Shown here: positions 52,336-63,030 of the stretch, piece by piece
Layout: every line of letters starts with the position of its first letter
How positions within the stretch are numbered: position 1 is the stretch's first letter
Source: Nitrospirota bacterium
GTDB lineage: Bacteria; Nitrospirota; UBA9217
NCBI GenBank assembly: GCA_963796285.1
Contig: CAWCKW010000012.1
Coordinates: 800,001 to 864,000 of the forward strand
Reading direction: 5' to 3'
Length of the DNA: 64,000 bases
Translations under genes and position numbers: made by a program
The notes under the pieces: generated by a model
Database searches by the model: none
What the model saw: only the letters and a program-made list of their open reading frames with translations
Told to the model about the DNA's origin: nothing

Positions 52336-52444
52336 CTGATAATCTCGCAAGAGAACAACGGTAAGGGACGATCACCTGAATGCCATTCTCGCGAGTATCC
52401 TACTGAATTGCTAAATCACGCCAGCCAAACCAGGGAGACTCTTC

Positions 52445-53890
52445 TTGATCGGCAATTTGAAAAATAGTGTTAAAATTGTCGCGCTTTTATTTTTGGATGT
52501 TTCAGCTTTTTACGTTTCCCTACTCCTTGCATTCTTTTTTCGAAAAATTGTCGACCACGTTTTTCCTACTGTGATGCCCCTGCAGTTATCACTCGGATAT
52601 TTTCTGCGCATTTGGTGGCTGCCTGCCATCTTTCTGTCGTTTATCGCCTACGAACGTCTCTATATTAAAAAGCTCCCCTTCTGGGACGAGACCAAGGAAC
52701 TCCTCAAGGCGACAACCGCTTCAATGGTCGCAATTATCGTCATCATCACCCTGGGGAAAATGGCGAGCAATATCTCCCGCATGACCATTATTTTCCTTTG
52801 GTGTTCCGGTCTGTTCATATTCCCCATTTTCCGCTTATTCGGGAAGAAACTCCTCGATGCCGTGGGGCTCTGGAAGGACAATGTGATCATCATTGGCGCA
52901 GGCGCCGCAGGCATCGAAATCGCAAAGGGCATAAATTCGGATATCCATCTTGGCTACCGCGTGATCGGATTTCTTGACGATGACCCAGCGATCGGCAAAG
53001 AGGTCCGCATTGACGGTACCGCCTACCGCATATTCGGCAAGGTCAGGCACTTCAGGAAATTTCTGAAAATTCTCCGCATCTCCACCGTCATCATCGCGAT
53101 CCCGTCTCTTTCTGTCGATAAACTGGCGGAACTGACGAACAATATCCAGAAACATACCAAGAACATCCTGCTAATCCCCGATGTGAAGGGAGTTGCGCTC
53201 ACCAATACAGAGCTTTATCACTTGTTCATGCAACAGCTTTTTTTGCTGAAAATCAACAACAACCTCAAGTCACCTTTCAACAGGCTTAGCAAAAGAATAT
53301 TCGACATGGTCCTGTCAATCCTGATGTTACCACTTCTTCTTGTTGTTGTCGGAATACTCGGGTTGCTTGTAAAGCTCGATACTCCCGGACCGGTGTTTTA
53401 CCGACATACCAGAATAGGCCGCAATGGAAAGTCTTTCCGCGTCTTCAAGTTCAGGAGCATGCATAGGGACTCTAGGGAGCGATTGCGTAAAATTCTCGGA
53501 ACGGATCCGCGTTCAAAACAGGAGTGGGAGACCTATTATAAATTAAAAAATGATCCCCGGATAACACGCATGGGAAAGTTTCTGAGAAGAACTTCTCTTG
53601 ATGAACTGCCGCAAATATTTAACGTGCTACAGGGTGATATGAGCTTGGTGGGTCCGCGCCCGGTGCTCAAAGAGGAGATTACCAACTATTACAAAGAATT
53701 CGCCGATTATTACAACTTGGTGCGACCCGGCATCACCGGGTTGTGGCAAGTGAGTGGAAGAAACGACGTGAATTACTATCTCAGAGTGCGGCTTGATGCA
53801 TGGTACGTGCTCAACTGGTCCGTATGGCTTGATATTGTAATCTTGTTTAAGACTTTTAGCGTCGTCTTGAAAAAGGAAGGCGCGTACTGA
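52445..53890 (+). CDS. wbaP: Undecaprenyl-phosphate hexose-1-phosphate transferase
   Basis: Four N-terminal TMs, [49 protein letters not shown]. Confidence 0.9.
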   Translation: MIGNLKNSVKIVALLFLDVSAFYVSLLLAFFFRKIVDHVFPTVMPLQLSLGYFLRIWWLPAIFLSFIAYERLYIKKLPFWDETKELLKATTASMVAIIVIITLGKMASNISRMTIIFLWCSGLFIFPIFRLFGKKLLDAVGLWKDNVIIIGAGAAGIEIAKGINSDIHLGYRVIGFLDDDPAIGKEVRIDGTAYRIFGKVRHFRKFLKILRISTVIIAIPSLSVDKLAELTNNIQKHTKNILLIPDVKGVALTNTELYHLFMQQLFLLKINNNLKSPFNRLSKRIFDMVLSILMLPLLLVVVGILGLLVKLDTPGPVFYRHTRIGRNGKSFRVFKFRSMHRDSRERLRKILGTDPRSKQEWETYYKLKNDPRITRMGKFLRRTSLDELPQIFNVLQGDMSLVGPRPVLKEEITNYYKEFADYYNLVRPGITGLWQVSGRNDVNYYLRVRLDAWYVLNWSVWLDIVILFKTFSVVLKKEGAY

Positions 53891-54135
53891 GGGAGCTGAG
53901 AACACAGCATTTGTGTACATAGTAACACGGAAACTGGTGACGATCTGGATATCGGTTGAGAATCCTATCTAGGCTCAATCTCCTGGGGAAGATGCCGGCG
54001 TTGTCTCCGACAAGCACTGCGCGTCATTTCCCCTTTTCACATCTGCTCCACATGATCGTGCGATATCCCTTGCGAGACCGCTGAAAACCGGATCAAGAGA
54101 TATTGGATATCAAAAAGAGGAATCACGACTGACAT

Positions 54136-55119
54136 ATGAAGATACTCGTCATCGGCGGCGCGGGGTATATCGGGAGCCACATGGTTGCAACTCTTGGAGA
54201 AAGGGGATTCGAGGTCCTGGTATATGATAATCTTTCTACAGGCTACCGGGATTCCCTATTATGTGGCTCGTTGGTCGTTGGTGATCTTGCAAATACCTCA
54301 CTCCTCAGGAAAACGTTGGAAGAGTTCAAACCCAATGCTGTCATGCATTTTGCCGCGTTCATTCAGGTAGGGGAATCGGTTCGAGAACCGCTTAAGTATT
54401 ATCGGAATAACAGTGTCGATGCCATCAATCTCTTAGAGGTTATGATGGACCTCGATATTAAGAAATTTATCTTTTCTTCCACTGCTGCGGTTTACGGCCA
54501 TTCAAAGAACGAGCCGATAACCGAAAGAGCTCCCCTGTCTCCTATCAACCCTTATGGCTGGTCGAAAGCCTTCGTCGAGAGGGTATTGGAGGATCTGTCG
54601 ATTGCGAAGGGGCTTCGTTATGTTTCTCTCAGATATTTCAACGCCGCTGGAGCGGATCCCGGCGCGCGGATCGGGGAACGACACAATCCGGAAACGCATC
54701 TCATACCCCTGGTCCTGAAATCGGCAAAAGGAGAGCGGGAAAGCGTCGTCATCCATGGAACGGATTATCCCACGCCGGACGGGACGTGCATCAGGGATTA
54801 TATCCATGTTATGGACCTGGTTGACGCTCATATCCGCGCCATTGAGTACCTTTTCGACGGTGGCAGCAGTGACGCGTTCAATTGTGGATACGGTCATGGG
54901 TACTCGGTCAGGCAGGTTCTTGATGTCGCACGAAAGGTGACCGGGGTTGACTTCCCCGTCAGGGAGTCAAGCCGCCGCGAGGGTGATCCCCCATCACTCG
55001 TCGCCGACAGCTCGAAAATCAAGCAGAAATTCAATTGGAAACCGCGGCATGATGACCTAAGCACCATTGTAAAAACCGCATGGGATTGGGAGAAAAAAGT
55101 TCGGAATTCGGAGTATTGA
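54136..55119 (+). CDS. galE: UDP-glucose 4-epimerase
   Basis: GGAGYIGSH, HFAA, SSTAAVYG, YGWSK, LRYFNAAGA, DGTCIRDYIHV. Confidence 0.93.
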   Translation: MKILVIGGAGYIGSHMVATLGERGFEVLVYDNLSTGYRDSLLCGSLVVGDLANTSLLRKTLEEFKPNAVMHFAAFIQVGESVREPLKYYRNNSVDAINLLEVMMDLDIKKFIFSSTAAVYGHSKNEPITERAPLSPINPYGWSKAFVERVLEDLSIAKGLRYVSLRYFNAAGADPGARIGERHNPETHLIPLVLKSAKGERESVVIHGTDYPTPDGTCIRDYIHVMDLVDAHIRAIEYLFDGGSSDAFNCGYGHGYSVRQVLDVARKVTGVDFPVRESSRREGDPPSLVADSSKIKQKFNWKPRHDDLSTIVKTAWDWEKKVRNSEY

Positions 55120-55198
55120 TTGCAAAGTAATAAAGTGCAGAGTTCGGTGTTCGGAGTTGAAAGCCCGGAATATCAGACACGAGCTAAGAGTAATAAAG

Positions 55199-56368
55199 TT
55201 ATGGTCTCAGAGCTGCTGGTTCGGTCAATCGATATCCTTCCAAAACACCCATCAGGAAGTTGATGTTCATCGCAACGATCGCCGCGCCAAAGTTGTACTC
55301 GAAGATACCGGCCACTAGAAGATTTACGAACGCGAGCGCCACCCCCAAACTGAAGGCCTTCAGGAGCGGATCCGGTGTCCTGCAATGAAGCTTGAAGTAC
55401 TTGACAAGGAAGTATATGTGCGTACCTATAACGAGGATAAAACCCGGGATCCCATTCTCGGCAAGTTCGTGGAGATAGAGGTTGTGCGCATGGGAGGTAT
55501 TGTCGATCAGCCCTTTCTCCTTAAAAGGCTCCAGATAACCCGGTAACATACCACTCCCAACCCCGACAATCGGATGTTCAAGAAAGACATTCCAGGATAT
55601 TATCCAGAAATTCAATCGATACGTATTTTTTTCGAGAGAAAAACTATCTTCTATTCTCTGTGAGAACCAGGGAACGGTGAGCGCAATAACCGAGATAATG
55701 AGGACAAGGATGACCGAGTATTTCAAGATCGTCTTAAAAGATCTTGTAAGTACAAGAAGGACAACGATGCAGATGAAGACGCCGAGAAAATAGCTCCGTG
55801 AGCTGGAAAATATGAGCCCGACAAGCAAAAAGGGTGAGTAGAAGAAGAACCGTTTATTTTGGTAGAGAGCAAGACAGATATTCATGATAAAAATGATCGA
55901 GATGCATCCACCGTACTGGTTGGGGTGGCCAAAATACCCGCTTAAACGGCTACTGTCTTCATCAAAAAAAAGAGGCTTATAAATCGCAGGAATCCCGAAG
56001 AAGTGCTGGCCAAGGGCGTAAAGAATGATAACGGTGTTCGCAATGAACAGGATGTGGAATATCTTGATGACGGTTTCCTTGTGGATCTGATAGAACCCGA
56101 TGACGATATACGGTACCCGGTCCCACACGCCCTTGATATTGGGTATATCCCTGATCGAAGTGGCGAGAGCGCGAGTAAAGGCCTTCCAAGAGAAAAGAGC
56201 GACATAGAGCAACGAGTCCTTTTTAAAATCTTTCATGAGGATTGTCTTCTGGAATAGATCCTTGAAGAATAAAAGCAACAGGAGCGCAAGCACGATCGTT
56301 GAAGCGGACATCGCGAGCACCGTAGCGACTGCAAATGCATACAAAAGATAATTCACTGGTTTATTCAT
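55199..56368 (-). CDS. O-antigen ligase family protein (WaaL / Wzy_C domain)
   Basis: Polytopic membrane protein; RLSGYFGHPN, SSSRS, HPIVGVG, HAHNLYL. Confidence 0.85.
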   Translation of the reverse strand: MNKPVNYLLYAFAVATVLAMSASTIVLALLLLLFFKDLFQKTILMKDFKKDSLLYVALFSWKAFTRALATSIRDIPNIKGVWDRVPYIVIGFYQIHKETVIKIFHILFIANTVIILYALGQHFFGIPAIYKPLFFDEDSSRLSGYFGHPNQYGGCISIIFIMNICLALYQNKRFFFYSPFLLVGLIFSSSRSYFLGVFICIVVLLVLTRSFKTILKYSVILVLIISVIALTVPWFSQRIEDSFSLEKNTYRLNFWIISWNVFLEHPIVGVGSGMLPGYLEPFKEKGLIDNTSHAHNLYLHELAENGIPGFILVIGTHIYFLVKYFKLHCRTPDPLLKAFSLGVALAFVNLLVAGIFEYNFGAAIVAMNINFLMGVLEGYRLTEPAALRP

Positions 56369-57114
56369 GCCATGATCCCCGGTAACAGCTGCTTCCCTTT
56401 TCTCTTTTCCGATTTTGTGTGGATCTTATAAAGAAACGAAAATGGATTCGTAATAAGCTTGATCGGGATCCTGCGCAACGAAATTGGATCGTTCCCTTTT
56501 TCCACATGTCCCCGCTTCGTGGTGACAGCGAAGCGATAGCCGGCTTTTCTTACCGCGGCCTGTATGCGGTCATTGCAATCTCCATAGGGATAGCAGAAAT
56601 GGACCACTGGATGATTCACCCGTGATTCAATTTCATTTTTTGATCCGGTGAGCTCCTCATCGAGCATGGCATCCGATAAAGTCGTCAGTTCGGGATGTGA
56701 TCTGGTGTGAGAGCCGATTTGGACCTTGTTTTCGCTGACCTCAACGATATGATCCCAGTCCATCATCTGCTTCTGATGGGTTTCGCTCTTCGAATCCCAT
56801 ACATTGTACTTCCCGACAAGCCCCGAAACAACGTATACCGTTGATGGATAGCCATAGTGCTTGAGGATCGGATAGGCATTGTTATAAAAATCAGTGTAGC
56901 CATCATCAAAGGTAATGGCCGCCATGTTGTGACGGATATCCCCTGCTTCGACGGCAGCGACCAGGTCCTGGATCGATACTACTCTAAATCCGGCTGCTTT
57001 AAGGTACCACATCTGGAATCGGAACATCCTCGGCGTAACGTATAGATTGGGAATACGTGCACCTTTTGGAGGATAGTCGATGTTGTGATACATGAGGATG
57101 ATGGCTTTCGGCAT
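56365..57114 (-). CDS. Polysaccharide deacetylase (CE4/NodB)
   Basis: ILMYH, ITFDDGY, IGSHTRSH, FCYPYG. Confidence 0.9.
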   Translation of the reverse strand: MPKAIILMYHNIDYPPKGARIPNLYVTPRMFRFQMWYLKAAGFRVVSIQDLVAAVEAGDIRHNMAAITFDDGYTDFYNNAYPILKHYGYPSTVYVVSGLVGKYNVWDSKSETHQKQMMDWDHIVEVSENKVQIGSHTRSHPELTTLSDAMLDEELTGSKNEIESRVNHPVVHFCYPYGDCNDRIQAAVRKAGYRFAVTTKRGHVEKGNDPISLRRIPIKLITNPFSFLYKIHTKSEKRKGKQLLPGIMA

Positions 57115-57221
57115 TCATTTAACCCAATGAAATTTGTTACAATTACAACGCCGTTTTTTTAAAACGTTTCACGGTTACGCCTTTATGACGTATAACGAAA
57201 ACGTTGCCGAAACGGGCTTCG

Positions 57222-58333
57222 TTACTTCTTCACTTCAGTCTGTTTTATCAGCATAGATTGAAAATAAAGATGATATTCATCGATCATCCGTTCACGGCTG
57301 AATCGCTCAGCGACCCATCGTGGGCCTGCTTCAGACATGCGCTGATGTACGGCTGCGTCTTTAAGGATATGCACGATCTCAGCTGCCATTTCCTGCGCGC
57401 CGGTTTTTATCAAGGCGCCGGCCTGACAACCTTCGAGCGCATCGCGTACACCGCCTCCGTCAAACGCCACAACGGGTGTTCCCATGGCCAGAGCTTCCAC
57501 GACCCAGATGCCGAAGCCTTCATTGCGGAAGGTACTTACCGCGATATCGATGTCGGTATAGTAGGACGGCATGTCTTCCTTCGGCAAGGTATCCAGCCAC
57601 AAGATCAAATCAGCTACGCCGAGTTCCGCTGCATGATCCTTAAACTTTTGCATCTGAGGCATATCGGCCATCGGAGTCAAGAGCAGATACCGAATAGTGG
57701 GGATCTCTTTCCTTACCTCAACCAATGCATCCAGAAACTCGATCTGGTTTTTCCATATGCTGCCGGATGTGCTGATGAGGGGTGTATCAGGCGCAAGCTT
57801 GAAACGATTTCTGATGAAATCTCTCGCCATCCCGTTACTTTTGAACAATTCGAGATTAATCCCATGATGAATGATCGATATTCTCCCGCTTATCGCCGGA
57901 TGAAAGGAAATGATCTTTTGCATAATATGCCGCGAGATCGTAACAATATGGTGCATGCGATTCAGGAGAAAGCGCGAGTTGATGAAATCGGCCACATGGA
58001 CGGTATATACCAGGCGCGGATGCCGGCCGGAGAGGATGGTTGCATATCCATGCCTGTACGATATCATGGCCGCGCTGGATGCAGATGATGTCATACTGGT
58101 TTTCTTTGATGATCCGTGCGATCTTGAAAAAGGAACTTACCCCGCTGCAGCCCGGTCTTTTCAACAGGATAAACCTCCACAGGAAAGTCTTTGAACATGG
58201 TTGTAAGCGGTGTGTTGGGGCGGCAGACGATGCCGACGCGTGCCCCCTTCCTGACCAGGCCGGGCAAAAGCTCCATCAGGAACTCCTCTCCCCCGCCTCG
58301 GTACCTGAAGTTGTTCACAAAGAGTATTTTCAT
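57222..58333 (-). CDS. GT4 glycosyltransferase (frameshifted; may be fused to upstream GT2)
   Basis: MKILFVNN...GGGEE at 58333, IHHGI, EGFGIWVVEALAMGTPV. Confidence 0.78.
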
Positions 58334-59161
58334 TTTGTATCGGTACGTATCACGGTCCGATCCCACGGCTTCCCGTCGATATACGTCGTCCCAGTTCTCT
58401 TGCTTCCGTTTTTCATACAGGCGTTCGTAATATTTTAACTCTACTAAAAAATAGTTAAAGGCTATCACTGCGGCCATATAGAATCCGTGAATGCCGTCTT
58501 TGTAGCCCCGATGCCTGATGAACCGTCCGTAAAAACGTTCAAGCGGTTTGAACAGGGCCTTCAGCAAACTGAACTTTGTGCGGCGGCCTTCCTGAAACGT
58601 CCTCTCAGCCTCCAGGGAACTGTAGACATTGAACTTGTCCATGAAGGTCTTGAAATTCCCGTAGCCGTCATGCAGGATGGGATTCACGAGATATTCCGTT
58701 GTTCCCCGGGTTACGAATTTCTCGTGGATCGGGTTTACCCATTCCCCCATGGACTTCCGGTAAAGAATGGTCTTGTATTGCGGATACCAGCCGCCGGCTT
58801 TGATCCATTTGCCGCCAAAATACTCCCTGCGCGGAACACCGAACGCATTGGCGGCAGGACCGGCTTTGAACAAAGCGATGATCTCGTCCCGCAAAGCCCT
58901 GGTCACGACCTCATCAGCGTCGATGAACAGTATCCAGTCATGTGATGCATGCTCATGGGACCTTGTTTTCTGCTCAGCATAGTTGTTCGGCCAGGCATGC
59001 TGAAAGACCTTCTGCGTATAGCGCTTACAGATATCGACGGTGCGGTCGGTGCTGAACGAATCGATGATCACGATCTCATCCACCCAATTCAGGCTCTTCA
59101 GGCAGCGTTCGATCCTGTGCTCTTCGTTATAGGTTATGATGGCTGCGGAAATCTTTTGCAT
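58334..59161 (-). CDS. GT2 LPS core glycosyltransferase (KdtX/WaaE-like); no stop before the following GT4
   Basis: SAAIITYNEE, DSFSTDRT, IDADE, GWYP, IHE, DGIHG. Confidence 0.8.
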
Positions 59162-59216
59162 GGTGGATATGGTTCTTTACTTCCCGACCCGGGCAAGCCG
59201 GAACCAAAACCTTGAA

Positions 59217-59378
59217 ACCGCCAGGGCGCAAAGGTCGCAAAGAAAATCATACAAGTCTTGAATTACGGCAAACCTCTTCTGTTTTTGACGTCCTTCGCGT
59301 CTTCGTTCATGGCCGCGTTATGGCTTGTCCCCGCGTATCGCAAGAGCAGGTGGCAACAGCAGGCTACGCCTTCGCGGT
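59217..59378. repeat. Intergenic imperfect inverted-repeat element built from 8-9 nt units
   Basis: Left arm ACCGCCAGGGCGCAAAGGTCGCAAAG; right arm CCTTCGCGTCTTCG...CGCCTTCGCGGT split by about 60 nt. Confidence 0.5.
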
Positions 59379-59414
59379 AAATTATTTATACCATTGTGCG
59401 ATTAATGTTATTCT

Positions 59415-60527
59415 TTACTTGCTAAGCTGGTCCTTAAAAATTGTTTCCAACTGCGAGGCGACGGCATCCCAGGAATATTTTTTCTCGACTACCGCGCGTC
59501 CCGCTGCTCCCATCATCGATCTTCGTTCGCGGTCCTGCAGGAGAGCATGAATGGTCCGGGCAATTTCTGCCGGAGCGTCCGGATCTACCATGACACCGCC
59601 GCCTTCAGCGAGTATCTCAGGGAAGGCGCTGCCTCGCGACACAACGAGGGGAAGCCCGCTTGCCATTGCCTCGAGTGCAACGATGCCGAATCCCTCGAAC
59701 TCGGGCAGGAAAACGAAAAGGTCCGCTGCATTGTAGAATCCTGATACGTCCTTCTGGTTGCCCATAAAATGCACGTTCGGAACGATCCCGAGAGCAGCTA
59801 CCTTTGCATGGAAGGCCTCACGGTCCTTGCTGTTGCCGTCGCCGCACAGGATATACCGGATATCGGGCATTGATTGCTTCAGGTGCCCGACCACGTCCAG
59901 CACCTTTTCGATGCCCTTTCGTCCCTGAAGGGCCGAAATCGTGATCAGGACCGGGGCATCCTCCGGGATGCCGAGCTTCTTCCGAGTATCGCCGCGGCGC
60001 ACACGATCGCTCCTGAACAGGGATGGATCCACGCCGTTGGGGACCATCTTTGAAGGCCGGCCGAAACAGGACGCTACCCCCTGGGCGATGTAGGAACTTG
60101 CGGAAATGAGCTCATCGGCATGCTTCGCAGTGCCGAATCGTTTGAAGGCAATAAAGTGCTTCTCATGGTTCTCGAAGGGATACTGGAACACGATATTGAA
60201 ACGGAATTTCTTCAGTTTGTACGACAGGCCTGCGGCATACCCTTCTGCCCGCGCGATGGCGAGGTTCACGATATCATAGTCATGGGTCAGAAAATCGTAC
60301 ATGAAACCGGGGATAAAAGAGGCCTTGTGCCAGTTATGATGCCTGATCTCGTGGATCCGTACCCGCGGATCGATCCATCCGCGGGTGGGAGAATCCGGAC
60401 AGCGGCCGGTGATAATAGTAACCTCGTGCCCCTTCCGTGCCAGGGAATTCGACACATTAATGATAAACCGTTCGATCCCCCGCGGCGTGCGCAGCGTGAA
60501 CATGTGAGCGAATGCTATTTTCATCAC
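59415..60527 (-). CDS. GT4 glycosyltransferase
   Basis: RGIER, VPNGVD, RKG, EGFGIVALEAMASGLP. Confidence 0.9.
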   Translation of the reverse strand: MMKIAFAHMFTLRTPRGIERFIINVSNSLARKGHEVTIITGRCPDSPTRGWIDPRVRIHEIRHHNWHKASFIPGFMYDFLTHDYDIVNLAIARAEGYAAGLSYKLKKFRFNIVFQYPFENHEKHFIAFKRFGTAKHADELISASSYIAQGVASCFGRPSKMVPNGVDPSLFRSDRVRRGDTRKKLGIPEDAPVLITISALQGRKGIEKVLDVVGHLKQSMPDIRYILCGDGNSKDREAFHAKVAALGIVPNVHFMGNQKDVSGFYNAADLFVFLPEFEGFGIVALEAMASGLPLVVSRGSAFPEILAEGGGVMVDPDAPAEIARTIHALLQDRERRSMMGAAGRAVVEKKYSWDAVASQLETIFKDQLSK

Positions 60528-61315
60528 GGCTGCCGTTCTTCTCCCGGAAACCGCCGGAGCTTGTTCTGGATCTCGTATAATTTTATATATTTCATGAAAA
60601 CGGCATGGGCCTCCATGACCGAGATCGCAAATCCCGCGACCCCGTCGGCAATGCCTAACCTGACGAAATAGCGATACAGAAAGGCATAAAGAGGCCTCAG
60701 CGTAAAGTCGATGATCCGAGCCCTCTTCCCGTTTTTATAGTGGTCCGCGGCGGTCAGGGACGAGTAGGCATTCTTTGTTGCCGAGAACTGTGCGATATCC
60801 TGATAGATATAGTGAAGGATATCGTTTTTCAGCTTCTTCTTTCGACCCCTTACCTTTACTTCATCATGAGGCGCATATCCACCCCATTTACACAGGTCCT
60901 TTCGGAAGAGACGGATCTTGTAATCCGGGTACCAGGCCGAATGGTTGATCCACTGCTGCATGAAAAAATGTCGCCGCGGCATCTCATAGGCATCATAGGG
61001 GCTGTTCTCAAGATCCAGCGAGAGGATCTCATCCCGCAGCGCCTCAGAAACACGCTCGTCAGCGTCCATGTGCAAGACCCATATATTTTTTGCCCGGTCC
61101 GTTGCAAACTGGCTCTGCCCGATGTGCCCAAGCCACTTTTGGGTGATGACGTTTTTCGTATATCCCCGGGCTATGGCCACGGTACTGTCCGTGCTGTTCG
61201 AGTCCACAACAACGATCTCATCCGCCCAGTTCACACTTTCGAGGCACTCGCGGATGTTCTTCTCCTCGTTGAATGTTCTGATGGTTACGGATATTTTGGC
61301 TTTCGGATCCGCCAT
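60524..61315 (-). CDS. GT2 LPS core glycosyltransferase (KdtX/WaaE-like)
   Basis: TFNEEKNI, DSNSTDST, MDADE, WYPDYKIRLF. Confidence 0.88.
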   Translation of the reverse strand: MADPKAKISVTIRTFNEEKNIRECLESVNWADEIVVVDSNSTDSTVAIARGYTKNVITQKWLGHIGQSQFATDRAKNIWVLHMDADERVSEALRDEILSLDLENSPYDAYEMPRRHFFMQQWINHSAWYPDYKIRLFRKDLCKWGGYAPHDEVKVRGRKKKLKNDILHYIYQDIAQFSATKNAYSSLTAADHYKNGKRARIIDFTLRPLYAFLYRYFVRLGIADGVAGFAISVMEAHAVFMKYIKLYEIQNKLRRFPGEERQP

Positions 61316-61378
61316 ATGCTGTCCTTCTTAACGACAGGATTGTTACTTTCAATGAAGCAAAACCGCTGACATGATTTT

Positions 61379-62449
61379 TCAGGACCCATGATAGCGGATT
61401 TTCGGCATGATTGCACTCAGTTTCTTTTCTACCGCTTCGAAGGCCTCCTCGACACTGATCCTCTTCATGCAGTCATTATCAGCACATTTATGCGGTTTGC
61501 AGGGATAACACGGGAGCCGCCTGGTGATAACCGTATGACCGGTACCCCAGGGCCCCCACTTCCGCTCATCAGTAGGACCAAAGAGCGCGACCACGGGAAC
61601 ACCTACGGCCGCGGCCATGTGCATGGGACCCGAGTCGACGCCGAAAAATAGGTTCGCTGCGCGATAGACTGACAGATTGGCATGCAGGCCCGTCTTACCG
61701 CAGAGGTCCATGCCATTGAAAGGGCCTAGGCGTTCGATCTCCTGGTACAACGCCGCATCCCCTGGTGCTCCGGTATAGATAAAGTACGCGCCGTATCGTT
61801 CTTTCAAGACCTTCATCACCGCTGCAAAACGGTCCAGCGGCCACTGTTTGGCAGGAAGGCTCGCCGCGGCATGGATAATGATCTTGAGGTCGTCTTTCTT
61901 CCAGCCTGCATCGGCAAAAAGTTTGCCGGCCTGTGCGTCGTTTTCCGGCGAAGGCCAGAGTTCGAGGTCATCGGACTGCACCGGGATGTCCAGGACTCGG
62001 AGGCAATCCAGGAAATTCTGCACCTCGTGCTGGTCCTGCCTATAGGGCACCGGATCGGTAAGCAGGAACGTTCTTCCCTCGGTCGCAAAACCAATGCGTC
62101 TCGGAATTCCCGCTGCCCGGACCAGCAACGCGCTTGAGAGCGACCTTTTGAGCGCAAATGCCGCGTCGTATCCTTCCTGTCGTAACAATTTCCAGTAATG
62201 GGCATAGCCGGCAAGCTTGCTCCGCTGAGAAGAAGCGCTGTACTTGTGGATCGTTTTAAACTCAAAGGGAATAGTCCGGTCCACATAGGGACAACCTTCG
62301 AGCACCTGTCCGGAGAACGGTTCGATCATCAGGTCGATACGCGCCTCGGGATAGGCCTGGCGCAGGTTCCTGAGAAACGGCACGGTCAGGACCGTATCGC
62401 CGATAAAGCGGTATCTCATGACCAGTATTTTCCGGGCCTTTAATTTCAT
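61379..62449 (-). CDS. waaF: LPS heptosyltransferase II-like (GT9)
   Basis: RFIGDTVL, RRIGF, KQWP, DSGPMHMAAAVG.PVVALFGPT. Confidence 0.75.
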   Translation of the reverse strand: MKLKARKILVMRYRFIGDTVLTVPFLRNLRQAYPEARIDLMIEPFSGQVLEGCPYVDRTIPFEFKTIHKYSASSQRSKLAGYAHYWKLLRQEGYDAAFALKRSLSSALLVRAAGIPRRIGFATEGRTFLLTDPVPYRQDQHEVQNFLDCLRVLDIPVQSDDLELWPSPENDAQAGKLFADAGWKKDDLKIIIHAAASLPAKQWPLDRFAAVMKVLKERYGAYFIYTGAPGDAALYQEIERLGPFNGMDLCGKTGLHANLSVYRAANLFFGVDSGPMHMAAAVGVPVVALFGPTDERKWGPWGTGHTVITRRLPCYPCKPHKCADNDCMKRISVEEAFEAVEKKLSAIMPKIRYHGS

Positions 62450-63030
62450 ACTATATCTTTGGAAGTACGCTGAATGATCCAGTCAGCCGCCTCGGTGATG
62501 GTGTGCGCTATAAAATCGGGGTCGCTGATGTGCTTGGGACGGATATTTCCCGCATCGTCAGGAGCGAACCCTGACCGCACCAGGATCGAGCGGGCACCCG
62601 CCCGCTGTCCAAGTTCCACATCGCTCCACTTGTCACCGATCACGTAAGATTGTTTCACGTCGATGCCGAGGTCCCGAACCGCGCGGTCGATCAATCCGGT
62701 TCCTGGTTTTCTGCAATCACATGCGATGGTATAGATCGAATTTCCCGCAGTTGGATGGTGGGGGCAGTAATAGACCGCATCGATCCGGGCCCCTTCCCTC
62801 CGAAGCATCTGGTCCAGACGCTCATGAGCTTCCTGGACCAGCGACTCGGGGAAATATCCCCGGGCTACTCCGGACTGGTTCGTTACCAGCACAATTTTCA
62901 GTCCGGCATCATTAAGCCGCTTGATCGCTGCACCGGCTCCCGGGATCAGCCGGAGATCGGCAAGGTCGCGCAAATACCCTACCTCTTCATTGACCGTGCC
63001 GTCCCGATCGAGAAATACCGCTCTATGCAT
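62446..63030 (-). CDS. gmhB: D-glycero-D-manno-heptose-1,7-bisphosphate phosphatase
   Basis: FLDRDGTV, VTNQSG, CPHHP...CDCRKP, IGDKWSD. Confidence 0.92.
   Translation of the reverse strand: MHRAVFLDRDGTVNEEVGYLRDLADLRLIPGAGAAIKRLNDAGLKIVLVTNQSGVARGYFPESLVQEAHERLDQMLRREGARIDAVYYCPHHPTAGNSIYTIACDCRKPGTGLIDRAVRDLGIDVKQSYVIGDKWSDVELGQRAGARSILVRSGFAPDDAGNIRPKHISDPDFIAHTITEAADWIIQRTSKDIV

Noticed and set aside
53956-54037. Two hairpins between wbaP and galE as an ncRNA
   Set aside because: Imperfect stems, at most a weak terminator; no family features.
57145-57222. AACG/CGTT-rich intergenic stretch as a repeat element
   Set aside because: No consistent unit length or clear inverted arms.
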